From Nitrospirota bacterium (GTDB lineage: Bacteria > Nitrospirota > Nitrospiria > Nitrospirales > NS-4), in contig CAWBGA010000008.1 of assembly GCA_963788195.1 (NCBI GenBank), forward strand, positions 1 through 64,000: a stretch of DNA of 64,000 nucleotides, in the 5' to 3' direction. This document shows positions 59,930-64,000 of the stretch, piece after piece; positions within the stretch are counted from its first letter, which is position 1, and every line of letters begins with the position of its first letter. The position numbers and the translations under genes are program-made. The notes under the pieces were generated by a model that ran no database searches, was not told the origin of the DNA, and saw only the letters and a program-made list of their open reading frames with translations.

Positions 59930-61137
59930 GCCCGCACATAGATGGGGTTGGCAAAAATCCAGGGCCGCCACCGGTCCACCACCCTGAGGGACACTTCGAC
60001 TCGGTACACTCCGGGGCGGTCGACGCCGTGCCGCAAAAGCCTTCCATGCTCACGGCGGATCGGGACCCCATCACGCAGGAGGATGATCGCCGCAGGGATC
60101 GGACTTTGCACTTCGAGGACCAGCCCAGGTTCCATTTTGAGCGCCTCCCCCATAAGAGCTCTTTGCGCACCGGTCGAAATTTGACGGGCTCTGAACTGAA
60201 ATCCGCTGGCGTCTGCCAATAAACCGAATGAGGCGAAGCACCGCCCCTCCCGGATGCCTGCGATGATGTTGTCTTCCGTCAATGAGGCCGCAAGCACGTG
60301 CATGTTTAACGTCCGGAAGATCAAATCATACCGGTCGATTTGGCGACCGAAAGCCCTGAGGTTTTGATGGGCGTCATTGCCGACAATGCCGACCACCCGT
60401 CGGTTCCTGGTCAACGAGTCCCACTGGACCAGCGGCCAGTTCATCCTTTCCACCAGCGGTAACATAAATTCTTCCGGATATTCGGCAGCGAACAGTGCAA
60501 ATTCCAACAATATCCGCGGCGCATCGATGATTTTCTCCCGCAGCGCGTCGGCGATGTCATAAATCTCCATGCCGTCTGCCGCCTGAAAATACTCGAGATT
60601 CGGCAAACCACGTGGGTGCGCAATGACAGAGAGTCCACCTTGCGCTCGCACGGTTGCAAACAACTTCTCAAAATCCCAGGCATTCCCCTCGTCCGGGACA
60701 ATAGAGTCTCGGAAACCGAACACCAAGACCGACCCGCACCGCCGTGTGACACCTGCCGCCTCCGTACATCCGGCCGCAATTTCCACCCCACGAATCACGA
60801 GTACTGAGTCGTGAAGACCCTGGATGCCCTCGCTATAGATCTTAGGCGTGTAATGATCAGTCGTGATCAGAAACTGGAGCCGAGCCGCGCGCGAAGCCTC
60901 GAGGATCTGCGCGGTCGTGCCGTGACTGTCATCCGAGAGACCGGTATGGGCGTGAATAACACCCCGGAATTCCTGCAATCCCTCAAGCGGAGAGAGCACC
61001 ATTCGTTGTCGACGCAGCTCGGCGAGGGCCTCTCGAACTGTCTGGAGCGATGACGTGGGGGTGTAAGCGAAGGCAGCCCACAGTGAACTGATACCAAGCG
61101 CCATTGCGGCCTGGAGCAGTCGGCGTCGGGTCCACAC
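59926..61137 (-). CDS. Tat-exported PHP-family metallohydrolase
   Basis: TRRRLL signal; IHAHT..SDD, TTDH, GVE, IAHP, GNDAH. Confidence 0.82.
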   Translation of the reverse strand: MWTRRRLLQAAMALGISSLWAAFAYTPTSSLQTVREALAELRRQRMVLSPLEGLQEFRGVIHAHTGLSDDSHGTTAQILEASRAARLQFLITTDHYTPKIYSEGIQGLHDSVLVIRGVEIAAGCTEAAGVTRRCGSVLVFGFRDSIVPDEGNAWDFEKLFATVRAQGGLSVIAHPRGLPNLEYFQAADGMEIYDIADALREKIIDAPRILLEFALFAAEYPEEFMLPLVERMNWPLVQWDSLTRNRRVVGIVGNDAHQNLRAFGRQIDRYDLIFRTLNMHVLAASLTEDNIIAGIREGRCFASFGLLADASGFQFRARQISTGAQRALMGEALKMEPGLVLEVQSPIPAAIILLRDGVPIRREHGRLLRHGVDRPGVYRVEVSLRVVDRWRPWIFANPIYVRA

Positions 61138-61231
61138 GGAGGCAAACCTTAACAGATCGGCATCATGCCTTCAACGTCTCTGCAGCTAACTTTCTGCCAC
61201 TTGTCACGGGCATTGCTGATAAAATGCCTGA

Positions 61232-61573
61232 ATGGCTTCCCCCTCGGTATCAGCCACAGAGATTCGCGCTTCATTGGAAGCGGTCTTTCGCGAGCGCATC
61301 GCCATTTTTTACCGCGCCTTACAGGTGACGCCGCCCTATCACAGCGTGGAAAAGGCCATTCTTGCCCTGCGGGAGGGAATGTCGGCACTAGAGTTACCAG
61401 CTTTACAGAGACTCTGGGTCGATGAAGCATCCCTCGGCGCGCTGTTCGCACGCATCGTGCGTGACTCAGGCTTGGCACAGAAGCACAGGGGAATCATTCA
61501 GGGCTTACTGCGGAATCGTCAGATTGAGCTTCCGCAGGAATGCCGGTCTTTTGAAGACGCATACCGAAGTTAA
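61232..61573 (+). CDS. Hypothetical protein (113 aa)
   Basis: ATG ORF filling the gap between flanking genes; helical composition. Confidence 0.6.
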   Translation: MASPSVSATEIRASLEAVFRERIAIFYRALQVTPPYHSVEKAILALREGMSALELPALQRLWVDEASLGALFARIVRDSGLAQKHRGIIQGLLRNRQIELPQECRSFEDAYRS

Positions 61574-61581
61574 ATGGTTGG

Positions 61582-62184
61582 TTACTCGATGTGAGGAGCG
61601 CCCAACGCGGAGCGCAGCTCATCGTATACCACCATCAGCCGCTTATCTTCCAGCCAATAGGCGGCGACCACCACAAGAAGTCCAAACAGGAAGACAAGCA
61701 ATCCTAGACCACCTAGCGCGGCGGCAAGCAATGCGCCAGATGCCGACGCAAACCCGCCGGCTTGAGCATAGGAAACGAGATAGGCGATCAAGCCTCCGGC
61801 TACTGTGAGAAACCACAGGAAGGTCAGAATCGCCGAGGACCAGGGTATACGCTTGACCAATTGAATCTCAGCGTTGTCTTTAAGACTGTCGTAATAGACT
61901 ACGCCGTTCAGCGGCCAGGCTGTTCGGAAGCCGATCCCAAATCGTTTCAATTCAGGCAGGAGCATGATGGCATGATGTTCGGGGTACTGCTGGGCCACGC
62001 CATGGCCTAAGAGAAGACGCCCATCGGTCCCAAAGTCGCAAGGAGTAAGTCGAAGACAATCTTGCTGGCGGGCGATCGCGAGCCCGTAGCCAAGAGCGGT
62101 ATGGCTGACGCGAGTAAATGCGCGCCAGTCTGCAATCACGAACCCAACAATGATCACCGCTCCCAAGAGAACGACGGCCTGCAT
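61582..62184 (-). CDS. Hypothetical membrane protein (3 TM)
   Basis: Hydrophobic N-terminal helix plus two C-terminal helices. Confidence 0.75.
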   Translation of the reverse strand: MQAVVLLGAVIIVGFVIADWRAFTRVSHTALGYGLAIARQQDCLRLTPCDFGTDGRLLLGHGVAQQYPEHHAIMLLPELKRFGIGFRTAWPLNGVVYYDSLKDNAEIQLVKRIPWSSAILTFLWFLTVAGGLIAYLVSYAQAGGFASASGALLAAALGGLGLLVFLFGLLVVVAAYWLEDKRLMVVYDELRSALGAPHIE

Positions 62185-62218
62185 GATGCGATGCTACCAT
62201 AACCGCTCGGAAGCATCT

Positions 62219-62446
62219 CACCCACCCTGCCCTGAAATCATTTCGACCCCTTGCAAGTGAGGGCAAGGGGTGCCCCGGACAGATTTCTTTACCCTAGGCA
62301 CCCCGCCATTACACTCAACCCGCCCCCGAGCACGCCAAGACGCGCTCTTTCTCCCGTGACACCCGCCCTGCCCCTAGCGCGCCAAGACGCGCTCTTTCTC
62401 CCATGGCCTGGAGTTATTTCGACGCCTTGCAAATGAAGGTAAGGGC
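62219..62446 (-). repeat. Composite hairpin repeat cluster (reverse-strand copies of the 1-198 family plus a ~40-bp direct repeat)
   Basis: GGACAGATTTCTTT; two CGCCAAGACGCGCTCTTTCTCCC units; CCTG..ATTTCGAC.CCTTGCAA.TGA.GG.AAGGG at 62231 and 62407. Confidence 0.85.
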
Positions 62447-62499
62447 CCCCATGGAGAGACCGCCCCGCACGCCTAAGAAATGTTAACTCTTTTGAAATC

Positions 62500-62529
62500 T
62501 TGACAAATATTAGCGCCCTTCGTTAGAGT
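62500..62529 (+). promoter_or_regulatory. sigma70-type promoter
   Basis: TTGACA-N18-TAGAGT upstream of the methyltransferase gene. Confidence 0.45.
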
Positions 62530-62651
62530 TGCGTCTGTTTGTCTCACGGAACGTCCACGCGAGCCGCGAGTCCCTGCCACACGGAAGCGTCGGCCTAATA
62601 GAACAGATCGGGCTAAACTCGTGGAATTTAGACCTATGGGTATGAGGCTCC

Positions 62652-63326
62652 ATGGACGCAGCTAAAGTTGAACGAGTCTATTCTAGCTACGCGAAGGTAT
62701 ACGACCATATTTTCGGCAAGATTTTCCATGACGGGCGGGAACACGCCGTCCGTCATTTGGATCTGTCCCCTGGTGATCGGATTCTGGAAGTCGGAGTCGG
62801 GACTGGCTTAGCGCTGCCCTTCTATCCGCGTTCCTGCGAGATCGTAGGGATTGACCTGTCAGACGGCATGTTAGACAAGTGCAGGGAACGACTTGAGTTG
62901 TACCGGCTGAGGCATGTCAAGGTGATGCGGATGGACGCCGGGGCCATGGAATTTGCGGACGACAGTTTTGACGCCGTCATGGCGGCCTATGTTGTTACTG
63001 CGGTACCGGATTATCGGAAGGTCATGCTGGAGATGATCAGGGTATGCAAGCCGGGTGGACGAATCATCCTTTTGAACCACTTCAGCAATGGCAATCCAGT
63101 GATCGCCGCGATCGAGAAAGTGATCTCCCCCCTCTGCAAGCAACTCGGCTGGAGAACCGATCTTTCCCTGGCATCAGTGCTCGACGGCACACGTTTAATG
63201 GTCGTCCATAAGCAAAAGGTCAACCCATTCCGGATATGGCATCTGGTAAAGTGCGTGAATCATAAGCCTATGAACGGAAACGGCCAGTCGTTCGCCTCAA
63301 AAAGCTTTGATTTGACTCATTCTTAG
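62652..63326 (+). CDS. Class I SAM methyltransferase, phosphatidylethanolamine N-methyltransferase (PmtA)-like
   Basis: Y..YAKVYDHIFG, ILEVGVGTGLALPFY, MDA, AYVVTAVPD, LNHF. Confidence 0.8.
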   Translation: MDAAKVERVYSSYAKVYDHIFGKIFHDGREHAVRHLDLSPGDRILEVGVGTGLALPFYPRSCEIVGIDLSDGMLDKCRERLELYRLRHVKVMRMDAGAMEFADDSFDAVMAAYVVTAVPDYRKVMLEMIRVCKPGGRIILLNHFSNGNPVIAAIEKVISPLCKQLGWRTDLSLASVLDGTRLMVVHKQKVNPFRIWHLVKCVNHKPMNGNGQSFASKSFDLTHS

Positions 63327-63460
63327 ATTTCCCGTATATTGCAGGTCGCTTACCGGTTCGTCCTCAGGATTTCCTGCCAGGGTAGTATCCGGTTCCAACA
63401 AAAGAAACTTATAACCTGATCCGTACAGTCGAAAGGCCTGTATATGCACAAGGAGACACA

Positions 63461-64000
63461 ATGGTAATAGAACTGTCGCGAAATTGGATTTCTTATCACA
63501 CAGACGCACTCGTCAATGCGCGCACGATGCCGAGCTGGGAAGCTGCCGACTACTTGACACAATACCTGTTCGAAGATTCTCCGAATACCAAGCTGCTTGA
63601 GGCCAAGGCACCCTATGAGGAGATCGCCCAGTTCCTGCAGCGAATCTATGGGCCAATCGTAGAAGCGGCTACTCGGCAAGTCCCGACCGAGGCGTCTTCA
63701 CGGATCCAGATCTATACTGATATCAGTCTGATGAGCGATTCCACGGTGTTGATCGTCTCCGTCTCGGACGAAGTGAAGGAATCGCAGTTACTCATGCTGG
63801 ATACAATCCGTCCCTGGGACCTCGTTTTTCCTAATGCCGATGCGTTCAATGAATGGGCTGAAACGCGCTATCAACAGGTTCTTGTGGCGCTATCCCGTGA
63901 GCCACTTGCCGCCAGGGGAACAGGGTCGGTCGGGGTACCCATTGCTCCGCAACTGCAATGGGTCAATGACCCAGGGTGGGCGGTGAAATGGCTGGCGACA
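63461..64000 (+). CDS. Hypothetical protein, runs off the window end
   Basis: AGGAG RBS, ATG 63461, 180 codons open to the end (MVIELSRNWISYHTDAL...). Confidence 0.7.
   Translation, partial: MVIELSRNWISYHTDALVNARTMPSWEAADYLTQYLFEDSPNTKLLEAKAPYEEIAQFLQRIYGPIVEAATRQVPTEASSRIQIYTDISLMSDSTVLIVSVSDEVKESQLLMLDTIRPWDLVFPNADAFNEWAETRYQQVLVALSREPLAARGTGSVGVPIAPQLQWVNDPGWAVKWLAT

Noticed and set aside
63424..63443. GAAA-capped hairpin upstream of the last ORF as a c-di-GMP riboswitch
   Set aside because: Single short stem; the other conserved aptamer elements are missing

Overview
64-kb chromosomal segment from a Nitrospirota (Nitrospira-like, Nitrospirales) bacterium. The assignment rests on a periplasmic, Tat-exported nitrite oxidoreductase pair nxrA-nxrB (48290-53074), preceded by a sigma54-dependent response regulator, a -24/-12 promoter and two palindromic candidate enhancers. 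Most of the window is housekeeping: heptose adenylyltransferase, mfd, two PPIases, a GlrK/QseG/GlrR-like system, engB, dtd, ogt, murJ, gmhA, hemL, pyk, an M16 protease pair, suhB, ltaE and a PmtA-like methyltransferase. There are two accessory regions. The first (~17-31.6 kb) has a Tat tyrosinase, hydrolases, a partial gene duplication, and an AT-richer defence islet (HEPN-like ORF, amino-MTase, short Eco29kI-type GIY-YIG nuclease, DUF262 protein with an RxxxxH tail) beside a stand-alone degenerate CARF-HEPN gene. The second (~41-45 kb) has a membrane patatin, a PEP-CTERM protein and a lysyl-oxidase-like protein. Highlights: NxrA has His at a position recalled as the conserved active-site Asn; a dispersed hairpin repeat family shows stem covariation; several genes look leaderless; and there is an unannotated 33-aa membrane ORF. 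About eight frameshifts, some in core genes, suggest long-read indel errors, so pseudogene status is uncertain. No rRNA, tRNA, CRISPR array, integrase or transposase was recognised. All family assignments come from motifs and memory, not database searches.
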